Assembly: GCA_051942205.1 (NCBI GenBank)
Contig: JAVECO010000035.1
Location: 62,001 to 126,000 of the forward strand
Origin: Coniocarpon cinnabarinum
Taxonomy: Eukaryota
Reading direction: 5' to 3'
DNA: 64,000 bases
Shown here: piece after piece, positions 43,700 through 56,569 of the stretch
Layout: each line of letters starts with the position of its first letter
How positions within the stretch are numbered: position 1 is the stretch's first letter
Notes under the pieces: model-generated
Seen by the model: the letters and a program-made list of their open reading frames with translations, nothing else
Told to the model about the DNA's origin: nothing
Database searches by the model: none
Program-made: the position numbers and the translations under genes

Positions 43700-45958
43700 C
43701 TATTCACTAGGCATTTGACTCCCAATGTGAAAATCAAGCCGCATGAGTACCCGATCAACACTCCCTCCACGCCACGGCTCAAAATCGACCGGTCTGTCCG
43801 CTGCATAGATAGGCGCAGTCTTCGCTTTCGTGTCGACTTCTCCTAGAGCTGTAGTTAACGTCTTCATAGCCGCGTTCAATCGCTCGCTCGCGTTGTTTAA
43901 TTCAGCGACAACGTCATGTTCTTCTTGGGCGTATTTCTCGGAGAAGCCGTCGTCGACGCCTTCGTCTGCGAGGTCCAACCGACCTTGCACGGTTTGTAGA
44001 CGTTGGACCAGTGCGACTAGTTGGTCGACACGTTGCAAGAGCGTTCTCAAGGCGGCCTTGTAGCTGGGTTGGTCGAGGAGGAATTCGGCATACAGAGTGG
44101 CTAGGTAGTGTCGATGGCCTTGTGAAATTGTTTCGGGATCATGCTGTGTCTGAATGTGATGTTGTTCTGAAGCAGACAACACGGGATTGCTATCGGCTGT
44201 CTGCTCGCTTGGGACCTCATTCATTTCCTCCGCGCTGCTGCCAGTCCGATGGGCAGGTGGTCGTCCCTGAACCCAGTGGCGAAACGTGTCCCATGATCGG
44301 TAGCCGACATGAGATATGAGATACTCTCCCAACTCTAGCAATAAATGAACACACTGGGTGCAGGTAGTCCAAATGGCTCGCATTGCTTTAACGCGTTTGT
44401 CGAAACGCTTGCGCAGCTTCTCGGATGCTAACATCCGGTATTTATAGTTGCTATTGGAGTTGGCAACAAAAGCAGCGCCCTTGCGAAAGTGAGCTTGACG
44501 CCACATCCAAGTCATATGTAGATGTGCGCGGCGGATAGAAAGAAGGTACGAGTTCATTGTAGTATAGGTCTCGATATCTGACGCGCTCAGAACGAGGTCG
44601 AGCGGAGGCTGCAATTGGATAGTCAGATGCGTTGCAGCCGGCATTATGAAATCGTTGAAATTGCTGCTGATACTTGACGAATTATTTGCTTTTGCGACGT
44701 CAAGATGCTCGTCGTCTTCGTCGTCTTCTGGTTCGGATGGCTTCACTAGGTCGAACTTGATGTTCTCGCCAGCCCAATCAAGGTCTGTATCGACTGAAGC
44801 ATAAGTGCCGGCGCCACCGAATGTGGCAGCCAATGCCCTTGACATGATACTGTTCAGCTCTCCTTCACGCAAGGTGATGCCAGCCAGATCTCCACGAAAC
44901 CCCCGAGACACACCGTCTTGCAGCTGAGTGTGACGAATGCGAAGATGACTGTCTGCTTCCATAATGAGAGCGTCCGTAAAGTCGACTCTTTGTAAAAGTA
45001 GAAAATGATTGAGCTTTTCAATAATTTCTACAATCTTGGCAGATGGCAGTATAGCGGTACTGAGTTGACTTGAGAGGGACGCACGTACTTCAGAGATCGC
45101 AGCATCAAACTTGTCCGCGTTGATGGGCAACTGAAGCGATGCAAGAGTGTTGACGGCCACAAGCCTGTCTGTGTTCATTGGTGCGGAGAGCCCAGAGCTT
45201 CGGAACTCGTCACCGTTGGAGTGCTTTTCGGCTTGCTCCAGATACCTATATGCTTTGCCCACATGAAGGACGCTCTGTGCCGTAGACATGGACATGAAGC
45301 CGGGTAGATTTCTCTTGCTGACTCGCAACCTGGACCCGTGGCGAGATGAAGTCTTGTGGATACAAAAATCACTGCTAGATCGCTCATTGCTCATAAAGAA
45401 GATCGTGAGCTGCTTCAACCACGCACTCTCGCCGGTACTCAGGAGGACAGTCGCTAGCTCCTCGATCTCAGCAAAACCGGTCAGACGTTCGCTTCTGAGT
45501 CTGTTGATGGTAGCTGGGCCACTGCCAACAAGCTTGGGGTTCGCAGTGCCGGCCTTGTAGTCTACAGGGAGCATGAAGCATAGCGTGTCCCAGAGCCATT
45601 CCAGAGGGCGGTGCCACACAGTGAAGTCGCCTACTAGAGAGGCGAGTGGCACGGTCTTATGGGCAGCCACGAGGCCTGGATCATTGCTTAAGATGCGACG
45701 TTCGACTTCAAGGATTGTGGCTTGAAAGCGGTTTAGATGGCGCGAACGAACGGCATTGGCAATCGCGCGACATATGTTGGAGGGATGCTCAGCCGCAACA
45801 CGAGCTGCGTGAGTCTTCAATGCACGATGAAGTGCGGCCAGATGGCCAAGAGATTGCAGGAGGGCACTTTCAGGCGGCGTGATATGCGGGAAGCTCGTCG
45901 TGTCCTCAAAGATGGGCGAAGCATGTCCAGAAAGGGCGAGGAGCACTTCTTGCAACAT
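43700..45958 (-). CDS. gfh1: Gamma-tubulin complex component GCP4 (Spc97/98 family)
   Basis: MLQEVLLALSGHASPIF start, LNHFLLLQRVDF, PPLDLVLS..Y..MNSYLLSIRRA, HDPETISQGHRHYL and VDRVLMRLDF. Confidence 0.85.
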   Translation of the reverse strand: MLQEVLLALSGHASPIFEDTTSFPHITPPESALLQSLGHLAALHRALKTHAARVAAEHPSNICRAIANAVRSRHLNRFQATILEVERRILSNDPGLVAAHKTVPLASLVGDFTVWHRPLEWLWDTLCFMLPVDYKAGTANPKLVGSGPATINRLRSERLTGFAEIEELATVLLSTGESAWLKQLTIFFMSNERSSSDFCIHKTSSRHGSRLRVSKRNLPGFMSMSTAQSVLHVGKAYRYLEQAEKHSNGDEFRSSGLSAPMNTDRLVAVNTLASLQLPINADKFDAAISEVRASLSSQLSTAILPSAKIVEIIEKLNHFLLLQRVDFTDALIMEADSHLRIRHTQLQDGVSRGFRGDLAGITLREGELNSIMSRALAATFGGAGTYASVDTDLDWAGENIKFDLVKPSEPEDDEDDEHLDVAKANNSSSISSNFNDFIMPAATHLTIQLQPPLDLVLSASDIETYTTMNSYLLSIRRAHLHMTWMWRQAHFRKGAAFVANSNSNYKYRMLASEKLRKRFDKRVKAMRAIWTTCTQCVHLLLELGEYLISHVGYRSWDTFRHWVQGRPPAHRTGSSAEEMNEVPSEQTADSNPVLSASEQHHIQTQHDPETISQGHRHYLATLYAEFLLDQPSYKAALRTLLQRVDQLVALVQRLQTVQGRLDLADEGVDDGFSEKYAQEEHDVVAELNNASERLNAAMKTLTTALGEVDTKAKTAPIYAADRPVDFEPWRGGSVDRVLMRLDFHIGSQMPSE

Positions 45959-46033
45959 GGTGGTTTAGTCTTGCTGGCGAAGCAAGTCGTACCCAGAGTC
46001 CCAGGTATTTTATATCATCCAGGAATCCGACTT

Positions 46034-46054
46034 GGACGCGTCTGAGACGCGTCC
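46034..46054. promoter_or_regulatory. Perfect palindrome containing two MCB (ACGCGT) boxes in the GCP4/UBA1 divergent promoter
   Basis: GGACGCGTCT-G-AGACGCGTCC, about 75 bp upstream of the GCP4 ATG. Confidence 0.65.
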
Positions 46055-46612
46055 CTCTTTAGAGGTGGAAAGGGCAATGACACCGTCGTCATAGCTACCC
46101 CGACAAATGGACAACTGTTAACGAAGTCTGAGACCACTCTATCCTGGCTGGGCCTGCTGCGGGTTGCCGCCATCGTCGGTCTCGTAGGAAGACGCAGAGC
46201 AATTCATTCGTCGATTATATCCAAGCTAGTTGGGAAGCGTAAATAGCTGTGCTACCCTGGCGAACCGGCGAGGAACTAGTGCCACAAATGCATACTATGC
46301 ATCTTCCGCCGTCCCAACTCTGAATGGGAGGCGCTGGTTGGCTGTGCTATACTTTTGCCTTCGTCATGTCGCCCGAATGATAACATAGTGTCTTCAACTT
46401 CTGCCGGATTCCACACAATTCCTCTGGTATTGCAGAGCTTTCACCACCCCGCTCCGTGGCTCATCTCCGCACCCCTTCACTGCTAGCTCCGTCTCAGACT
46501 GGGGGCCACATTGGATCATCAGTAGAGTTTGGTGTCTGGAGAGGTCGGCAAGCTGGCCGGGGAGAAGAGGAAGTCCAACGGGGACGATCTAGGTCCAAAT
46601 AAACGACTCAAC

Positions 46613-49600
46613 ATGGTTCGCCATCCTCCCTCTCTGTTCACGCAAATGTGTCCTAATACATATGCCAGAACGGCGACAGTAGCGTCGAAGACATCTCCCA
46701 GGCCGCGCAGCAGCTCAAGACCCACGATGGCGAGATCGATGAGTCTCTTTACAGCAGACAGCTGTACGTGCTGGGACATGAGGCGATGAAGCGCATGGGC
46801 TCGTCAAACATCCTGGTCGTGGGCTTACGGGGCCTCGGAGTGGAAATCGCAAAGAACATTGCTTTGGCGGGCGTCAAGAGTTTGACTCTGTTTGATCCCG
46901 CTCCTGCAAGAGTCTCTGATCTGTCATCGCAATTCTTTCTTCATCCAGAAGATGTGGGCAAGCCGAGAGCAAGTGTGACCGTGCCACGCGTATCTGAGCT
47001 GAATCCATATGTCCCTGTCTCCGAGCTCAAATCCCAGAGTTTGACCGCCGATCTGTCCCAACTGAGCCGATTTCAATGCGTCGTGCTCACCGACGTACCA
47101 TTGAAAGATCAATTGACGATATCAGATTACTGTCACCAGAATGGTATCTACGTTATCGTTGCAGACACTTTTGGCTTGTTTGGAACAATCTTTTCAGATC
47201 TGGGCAAGGGCTTCACTGTTGGAGACCCGAATGGCGAGAATCCTCTGAGCGGCATTGTTGCAGGCATTGATCAAGAAGGTCTGGTGTCTGCCCTCGATGA
47301 GACCCGCCATGGCTTTGAAGATGGAGACTTTGTCACGTTTTCGGAAGTAGAAGGTATGGAAGGTATCAACAATGCTGCCCCACGCAAAATTACGGTCAAG
47401 GGCCCATACACGTTCTCAATCGGCGATGTGTCCGGTCTCGGCATTTACAAGCGTGGCGGTCTATATCAGCAAGTGAAGATGCCCAAGATCGTTGATTTCC
47501 AACCTCTCAGTGAACAGCTCAAGAACCCCGAACACATGATGTCTGACTTTGCAAAGTTCGACCGTCCTCAACAGTTGCATATTGGCTTTCAAGCTCTCCA
47601 CGCGTTCCACGAGAAGAACAAGCACTTCCCCCGACCACATCATGACGCAGATGCGGCAGAAGTGGTCAAGCTCGCTCACGCACTTAATGAGCAAGCTGCG
47701 GACAAGGCCGAGCTGAGTGACAAACTTATCACCGAGCTCTCGTATCAGGCTCAGGGTGATTTGTGCGCAATGGCCGCTTTCTTTGGCGGTCTTGCGGCTC
47801 AAGAGGCTCTGAAGGCCGTGTCCGGCAAGTTCATGCCCATCAAGCAGTGGCTGTACTTTGACTCATTAGAGTCCATTCCAACTTCGGTCAAGCGCTCGGA
47901 GGAGCTGTGCAAGCCGCGAAACTCGCGATACGACGGGCAGGTAGCGGTGTTTGGCCAGGAATACCAGGACAAACTCGCCAAGCTCAAGATTTTCCTTGTT
48001 GGTGCAGGTGCCATTGGCTGCGAGATGCTCAAGAATTGGGCTCTGCAAGGTGTTGGCACTCATGGTCAAATCTGGGTGACGGACATGGATCAGATCGAAA
48101 AGAGCAATCTTAATCGGCAATTTCTTTTCAGATCAGGCGACGTCGGAAAGCTGAAGAGCGAGTGTGCTACTGGAGCTGTGCAAGCCATGAACCCAGATCT
48201 CAAGGGTAAGATCTCTGCGATGAAGGACCGCGTTGGTCCTGATACGGAGCATCTTTTCAATGAGGACTTTTGGGAGAACCTTGACCTCGTCACAAACGCT
48301 CTTGATAATGTTGATGCACGAACTTACGTCGACCGAAGATGTGTCTTCTTCCGAAAACCTTTGCTGGATAGTGGCACCCTCGGTACGAAAGGCAACAGCC
48401 AGGTCGTGCTCCCACACCTCACTGAGTCGTACTCAAGCTCCCAAGATCCACCAGAGCAATCGTTCCCTATGTGCACATTACGCAGCTTTCCCAACCGCAT
48501 CGAACATACAATCGCATGGGCGAAGGACCTGTTCCACACCTATTTCGCCGGTTCGGCTGAAGTCTGTAACATGTTCTTGAACGATCCGAAATATATTGAG
48601 AATTCCATGAAGTCGACAGGAGGTGGTGAGCGTCAGAACATCGATACCATAAAAGATTTTCTTGTCACTAGCAAGCCATCGGACTTCGAAGACTGCATCA
48701 AATGGGCGCGGATGGAGTTCGAGAAACAATACAACAACAACATTCAACAGCTCTTGTACAGCTTTCCTGAAGATTCAAAGACTTCGTCTGGAGAGCCATT
48801 CTGGTCAGGGCCCAAACGTGCCCCAGATCCGCTCGTGTTTGACATCAACGAACCCACTCATTACACCTTTCTTGAAGCCGCTGCTTTGCTTCATGCCTAC
48901 AATTACAAGATCTCAGTGGCGAATGCGACAAAAGATCACTATGCCAAAGTTCTCGACCATATGATCGTCCCTGACTTCAAGCCAGATCCAGGCGTCAAGA
49001 TCCAGGCAAATGACAGCGATCCAGATCCTAACGCCGACAACAGCGCTAGCAACCCCGATGACATCCAATCCGTCATCGCGACACTGCCTTCTTCAAAGTC
49101 GTTCGGCGCCTTCCGCATGGAGCCCGTCGAGTTCGAAAAAGACGACGACACCAACCACCACATCGACTTTATCACAGCCGCGTCCAATCTCCGCGCCGAG
49201 AACTACAAAATCGCTACCGCCGACCGCCACAAGACCAAGTTCATCGCCGGTAAGATTATCCCCGCCATCGCGACCACCACCGCTCTCGTGACGGGTCTCG
49301 TGAACCTTGAGCTCTTCAAGGTCGTCGACGGCAAGGACGACATTGAGCAATACAAGAACGGCTTCGTGAACTTGGCGCTTCCCTTCTTCGGCTTCTCGGA
49401 GCCGATCGCCAGTCCTAAGGATTACTACGTCGATCGTGAGGAGCAAAAGCACGAGTACGACAAGCTCTGGGGACGTTTTGAAGTCGAGAATACCACGTTG
49501 CAGGAGCTTATCGATGCTTTTGATAAAAAGGGACTTGAGATTCAGATGATTAGTTGTGGCGTGAGTCTGTTGTATATGGGGTTTGCACCGCCTGCGAAGC

Positions 49601-49842
49601 GACAGGAGCGCTTGCCTAAGAAGTGAGTTTTTTATCCTCTCCCTGCTCCGTCTGCTCAAGGCGACGATGATGTTATGAAAGCGGCGCTAACGTTTTCGTG
49701 CAGATTGGGCGAGCTTTACGAGTTCGTGAGCAAGCAGAAGATCCCACCCCACCAGAAGAACCTGATCTTTGAAGTCGCAGTCGATGATCAGTCTGGTAGA
49801 GAGGACGTCGATGTGCCGTATGTCATGGTGAAGCTGAAGTAG
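46613..49842 (+). CDS. UBA1: Ubiquitin-activating enzyme E1 (introns 46616-46668 and ~49623-49703)
   Basis: [35 protein letters not shown], catalytic PMCTLRSFP and [10 protein letters not shown]; ends [12 protein letters not shown]. Confidence 0.97.
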
Positions 49843-50415
49843 GTGTCTCCGCGTTCGCGGACATGCACTTTGGAGAGGGATAGATCATTGCTCCTTAGCT
49901 TACGTGGGTATGAAATGGGTTTGCATGGTTATGCTTGCTTGCTTGAAATCGAATGATGGCGTCGTGCTGGGGGAAGGGTATGTGCAAATTGCATCGTAGA
50001 TATGAATGCATTGATTAGACTTATATTTTCTTTGGGTGTTGTTGGGCTGCTAAGGTATGTGAAGGCCGCATCAGGGGAGCCGTTTACGTGCACGTGTGGA
50101 TCTTTGAGGTCACTAACGCTTCCTCAGTGGGCGTTTCGTCGTCGCTTGATCTTCATTAATTCATCCATCGTATGATGTATGTACAACAGCCGTCATTACT
50201 CGATCTCCGCCATCACACAGCGCAGACTTGATCCTCTCCACATCCCCCCTCGCACGAACACGTCCATGTCTCATTCACCGACGGACATGCATTCATAACG
50301 GCTTTGACAGCAATCGAACTCAACAGTTTCCTGGCCATCGCATGTACGATTTCTCGGCTTAATCCTCGCTTCTCGTGATCGTGACGTGTAGACCCCGCCC
50401 CCCGCGTCTGCCTCG

Positions 50416-53400
50416 CTAAGACAGGACTTTTTCGTTTTCTTCGTCGGGCGTGGAGGGGGTGTTGGAGGCCATGCTGTACGGTGCCTGCGTCATGCACGTT
50501 AGCCACGATACCTCCCGTGCCTTTGTCGAAAACAGTCTCGTGGACACTTACCAGAACCTGCTTCGCGTTGACGATTCGCCACGCCAGATTGCGCACGTTG
50601 CCGTCTGCTTTGACGACGGCAGGCGCGAGCTCGATCCCGAACCTAGTCACTCGTTAATTTTCACTTCAATGACTTGTTAGGGGGGGAAAATACTGACATC
50701 TGCCACACCGCAAACACAACACGATTCGCAAACTTGCCGTCTCTCTCCACGCGCCCTCCGAACGCCTCTTCAGCGTCGTGCGGCGCAATCTCGGGGTCGC
50801 GATCAAAGCAATTCCGCACAATCGGCAGCAGCGCCGTCTCAACCGCGCTACGCACACTGTCGACACCCCCCGGTGAGCCCAAACGCATTTGCACATCCTG
50901 GTCGTCGTATCGACCAATAGTGACTTCAAACGGCCGCGATCGCGCCATCACATTGTGCATGCCGTCGTGGTGATATCGGAGCTCAAATACGCCGGTGGTC
51001 CACCAGTACTTGTCACCGCTGAATTCGATCTCGCCTTCGACGAGGGGCGTCCCGCGATCGTGTTTCGTGTCGCCTTCCCATTTGATGAGTTGCCTGTCGC
51101 TCACAAGTATGCCTTGGTCGGCGCGCGCAGATTCGTAGTTGCCTTTTGTCGTGGCGATCCAGCGGCCTTGACTACTGACGCGGGTAATGGATTTGTCGCT
51201 GTTATCAGCGATCATGTAGAGGCCGACCCAGTCACGCTTGCTGTGGTGGAGAGGCGCAGTCCACTTCACCCGAAGAGGCTCGCCATATTCAAGCATCATG
51301 GGCCCGCGGTAGGACGGCTGACGAGCCATGAGGCCTTCGCGACCACTGGTCTTTGCCGCTGAAGGTGTGAGCGCAGCAGATGCCGGTCTGTTGAGGATGT
51401 CGAGGGAATAGTCTTTAGGGTCGAAGGATGCTAGGTTCTTGGGAGCGGCAAGGCGAGTGACGTTTATACGCGAGGGATACCTCTGGAACACGTTTCGGGT
51501 GTTTTGGGCAAGTCTCGCGATCAGCGCAGCGATGCGTGGTCGAGCTTCTTCAAGAAAGACGTCGAGTCTCTCCGCGGCTTCTTCGATCGTTTGATCGACG
51601 TTGCTTTGCCATTTCTGTAGGGGAGGCGGCAGAGACCGTATGAAGTTCTTTTTCACGCCCGAAGCGCCACGAAGATGCGATCCATATCGCTTGTGCATAT
51701 GCGGACGTTCGACGAATTGAATGAAGCAGAGCGTGAGACCATGTGAGAGTGCTGCCAGGAAAAAGATTGCTTTCGACCACGTGATGAGAGCAAAGCCCCA
51801 GACACCTGCTAACCCAATGACACGCTCAGGATTGTTGAGAAAGCGATAGATGCCGTCGTAGGTGAGCTTCGGTCCTCGCTCGAAGAAGAAGTCTCCAAAG
51901 AACCAGCCGAACTCACCTAGTGAGTCGTAGATAGAGATGACAGTCCAAAGTTGGAGCAAGATGAGGCCAGCTCCCAGCACATGCCTGAGAAGAGACGCGC
52001 CGTATTCCCAATTGGGAGGCAACGCGTACATCTTGTAAGAAGCGGCGAGAAAGCTCGCGTAACACATCGTCATGGAAAGATGATAGATTCCTTTCCACTG
52101 TCGCCATGCTTCTTCGGTGGTCTCGCCCCATTTGAGGTAATGCCGTGTCCATCGCTTCCTCTTAGATTGGCGATCGAGGATGTAGCCAATGCCAATCGAG
52201 TACCAGAGGCGCCAGAGAGCTGCATTAGTAACGAAGAAAAATTGCCAAAAGAAAGTGGCGGGTGTAAAGAATGCCATAGAATAGAGATAGGCTTGCAGCA
52301 AAATCGCGGTCACGTCGCTCGTGCGATGCAAGTCAAGGTTCTCAAAGCCAATCATGTCTCGAATGTGCGATGGCTGCTCGTAATCTGCTGCGTTGGCCGT
52401 TGTCGCGTAGGGATCGAGCTCGCCAGAGTTGGTTAAAGATTGACCAGGTGGAGGTGATGGTTCGCGCGCTGGTTGACGAGGCGGTATCGGATTGTATGTT
52501 TTCTCAATATGCGGATTTTCAACTAACAACAAGAAAGCGAATTGAGCTGCATGCGCAACGATCGAAATGAACAACACCTTGTAACTGGCGGCCAGAAATG
52601 AAATACCATAATAGCCGGCGTAGCCAACACTATACATGGGATGGGGCGCAAGCTCGAACACGCCATCGAACGTCAACTCTTGGTCAATGAGGAAGAAGAA
52701 ATCTCCCCAGTACCAAGCAAAATCTTTGACAACACGATGCGCATCGAGCTTCACCCAGAGGTTGAACAGAATGAGCGCCCAGCCAAGGACCCATCGGCCA
52801 GTGGTCAAGACAGCGTGCTCACCGTCTGGTCGACCACCACAAGCAGCAGCGAAGCAGCAGTACGAGATGAAATCAGCCATCAGGATTAGATCCACGACAC
52901 GTCTGAACAGAAGCCATGTATTGTATTCGATGGGTGCTTCGTCAAACTTGTAATCTTTTGGGATCTTGGTCTCCATCTCTCGTTTGATGGTTGGATACCA
53001 ACGCGCATATTGATTCTTACCTTTTGCAGGGTCTTGGAAGATGCCAGTACGCTTGGTCCACTCAATGAGAGCATTGTAGTTCGACTGATGCCATAATACA
53101 AAGCCAATACCTCCATTATACGCCGCGCGCCAGAGCAAGTATACTACAGCGTAAAGAGGTATCGAGAAGCTCGTTGGGAGCACGAATACGGGTAGAATGT
53201 GCAGTAGCAGGATCACAGATACTACGATGTCCCCAACGTTCTTCGGCTCAGTTGGTGAGAATAGTTGAGACACCATATCATGCGTGGTGGGGACCGTGAA
53301 AACTACGAGCAGCGAGGTCAGCCTAGGAACTCGACATTGGATTGCGGTGCCTGTGTATCCAGTGCTTGCACTGCGAAAGATCTGGGAAACATACCAGTGC

Positions 53401-53590
53401 CATTTGGTGTACGGCCGAACGTCTTTCTCTGGCTTTCATCCTTGTGCTCTTCCGCAGCATTGAGCTCTACGACGGCCTGACGAGCTTCCTCGACCGAGCG
53501 TACTTGTTGCGGTTGGTCAGGCTTCTGCGGCAGTCGCTGGCGAACTTCGTTGCTGCTGACCGCAGCGCTTGAGGAGACGCTAGCATCCAT
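50416..53590 (-). CDS. CHO2: Phosphatidylethanolamine N-methyltransferase, 4 exons
   Basis: [10 protein letters not shown] / [66 protein letters not shown] and FELRYHHDG. Confidence 0.95.
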
Positions 53591-55112
53591 GATCGGTGCA
53601 ATGGTCAAACGGCACAGTGACAGTGTCAAAACATCAACTACGGCAGAGAAGCGAGCGCAGCCCGTGTGAGGTTGGCCCTATGGTGAGGACACGTTTCGGG
53701 TTGAGACACCGATCACGGAGGCTTGGGTCTGCACGTAGTTGGGGACGAGCGGTAGAAAGGAAGAATAAGGCGGACGGAGGATGTGGGAAGCATTGGGAAA
53801 AAGCTTGCTTGCTTGTATCAATTCGAGAGAGGTTGAAGCCAGAAGCTAGCAAAGGCAGGAGGCTTGAGTGCCAATTCTCATCACTCCACACAGTGACACT
53901 GCACCGAGACGCGCCGGAGCTGCAACTTCGACTAACTTTCGTCGCGTGGTTGCGCACGTCATAGCCCTTCGATCTCGATCGCAAGGGAGGCATCGCGTCC
54001 TGCCTGAGTGGGCTTAGCGGCATCGCTATGGAGAGAAACAAGGTCATTATGCGGGCCAGTGCCTTGCAGCGTGCGGCCAGGATTGCTTTTGCATGTGTGT
54101 TGCTTGTGAGGATTTTCATATGCACAAGAGGGTCAGCTAGACAAGCGTCTTTCTCCGATGGCACGCGGTTTTACGTAACTCTTCCTGCTATCAGGCTGCT
54201 CATTTGGCCGAGCATCCATTGGATATTCGCGTACGCCCGCCACCATCGATCGGTAATACTAAATAGCTATACTTTCACGAGCTCAGCGATGCGCGAATGA
54301 GATGAGCCTTCGGAACATGCCCCCGGCACATACTTCGACGCAGCTCAAGGCCCAGACAGTCTCTTGACTCAGACCCCACTCTCTACGCCGACCCTCTCAT
54401 CGTTTGGTAGGTATTCCTTGGGACCTTGGCATGATGTCAACCGAAGCTTCAAACAATCAGCGCGAATAGTCAAGCATGGATACGCGCACTACGGTTGACC
54501 GCCCATTGTTGTCAATAGAGATCGAAGTATTGGGTTTTGATAAAGCGAGCCCAGCTTACTTTCACGATGACAGTCCTGTACCGTTAGGAAGTGAAAGTTA
54601 GACCCCCTAGAAAGCAGGTGCGCGGTTGCTCAGCTACACATTTTAAGACGCTTGACATATCAAAGATGGCACTTCTCAGCCTCTACCATCTCGCAATTTG
54701 AAATCGTTCAATACTGTTAATTTGAGGGTATGGGTGATCGCTGGCGCATGAAGAGCTTCGTAGGGTTATCGTGGTAGCTGAGATGGTCTACTACCGTGAG
54801 AAGACCATGCGTAATTATATATGACCATCGAGAGCACTGCAGACCATGTTTTGGAATCTCACCGAAGACTCACAATTGCAGTTGCCACGCCTGCACATGA
54901 TTGTATTTTCCGCTTCGGAGCTGTTTCCCTCCTGCCCCTCACTAGGATGTACAGGTTGATGATATCACACTCGAACTTAGTCTGGAGCAATGCGAGTGTC
55001 ATCATTTCAAAGCTACAAGATGTTGTGTCTGTATGCCATGTGAAAGCCCTTCAAACGGCAACAAATTATTAGGCATCGTCATATAACCATATCACCAGTC
55101 TGATTAGACACG

Positions 55113-56206
55113 ATGTCTTCAGCGCCTGTGATCACCTATGACTACGACTTTTCTCCATATGGGCAAAAAGTGAGGATGATGCTGGCGCTTGCTGGCATCC
55201 AACACAAACGATGTAATGTTCCACTAGTGTTACCACGCCCTCAGCTGGAGTCTATGGGGGTGTCTTTCAGACGCATTCCCGTCACGGCTGTTGGCAAAGA
55301 TCTATATTGTGACTCCAGCCTCATTACGAAGAAGATCTTGGAACTGCAGGGCCCGAACGGACCGCTTCATGAGCATCCAGCAGCTGCAGCCTTTGAGAAA
55401 TATGGAGACTGGGCGTTTCAGACATGTTTGGCGCTCATCCCTGAAAAGCTCCTGTCGCAAGAATTTGTCAACGATCGCAAAACAATATTTCGTGAGCGCA
55501 ATCGAATGATCTCAGCAATTGAAAAGTTGCGCCGGCTGACTTTGGCAAGCCATTCTTGCACGTCCAGACTACGCGCAGCTTCGGCCGTCAAGCTTGGGCG
55601 CTTTTGCGTCTATATTAAAGACGATCGAGGATGATTTCCTATCTTCAGGCTATCCATACATCGGTGGTCGCAAGGAGCCAAGCACGGCTGATGTTCATGT
55701 TGGCTGGGCGATTCGATGGTAAGTGTGCATAGAGACGCTCATCAAGCTATGGAAAGCTCTGTGTACTGACTGCTTGGTAATCAAGGATCTGCACCCGCTT
55801 AGGCATTGAGAATGAGCGAGGACTGAGCGCTGAAAGCTATCCTCGAACGTATGCGTGGTTTCAAAGCCTACCTCAGTCACAACCAGAAGCGCTGGATGCC
55901 GACAATTCTCGAGAGACGATCCTGAGGTCCGACTACAGTGAGAATTCGATCCAGAACCAGCCGAATGACCCGCTTCAAACACTTGTGAATAAGCAAGTCA
56001 ATGTTGAGAGCTCCGAGTGAGTACACTACTGGGTCATGCCCTTGCAAGTAGAGGTTGAGCTGATTGAACGGAATAGCGCCGAGCCAGGACGACACCCACA
56101 GAAGGGTAAGCTGGTTTGCTCAAATATACATGATTTTGCCATTGAGCTAGACAATGGCGTTCGTTTGCACTTCCCTCAAGCAGGCTACTACGTGAAGCCA
56201 AGCTAG
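55113..56206 (+). CDS. Glutathione S-transferase-like protein, 4 exons
   Basis: YDFSPYGQKV, PRPQLESMGVSFRRIPVTAVGKDLYCDS, PSTADVHVGWAIRW, YPRTYAWF and VRLHFPQAGYYV; three introns restore an intact frame. Confidence 0.8.
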
Positions 56207-56569
56207 GTGATAAAGTATCTCTCAATGACTAATCCTCTTGTCCATCTCCCCACTCCAAGGCTACGCGAGGAGTTGTGAAGGCGAATGTTATACTGTCACT
56301 CATGTTGTGGCACAAGCTGTAGCGTATGAGTTGGTGAATCAATGGTGTGTCACGTCATGGGCATATTGAAAAAGATTGAAGGTCGACCGCATGCAATGCA
56401 GAGCCTCAAAAGCCTTCATTCTTATGAACGCAACGCACAATCCTCTTCTTATATACGTGCCCCTTATGCTCACCATCTCGCTGACTCCTAATATTTCAGG
56501 CAACAGTCACTTCTTGACGCGCCCGAATCCTTGCTGCTGGCGTTCAATGCATGGTCTGAAACATCCCGA

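Noticed and set aside
54755..54775. Telomerase RNA template-like TAACCCTA on the minus strand
   Set aside because: Only 8 nt match, short of the TAACCCTAA template, and no supporting pseudoknot or CR4/5 element was seen.
55490..56206. GST-like gene as a pseudogene (the ORF track ends at 55634)
   Set aside because: Three canonical introns restore an uninterrupted reading frame to the stop at 56206.
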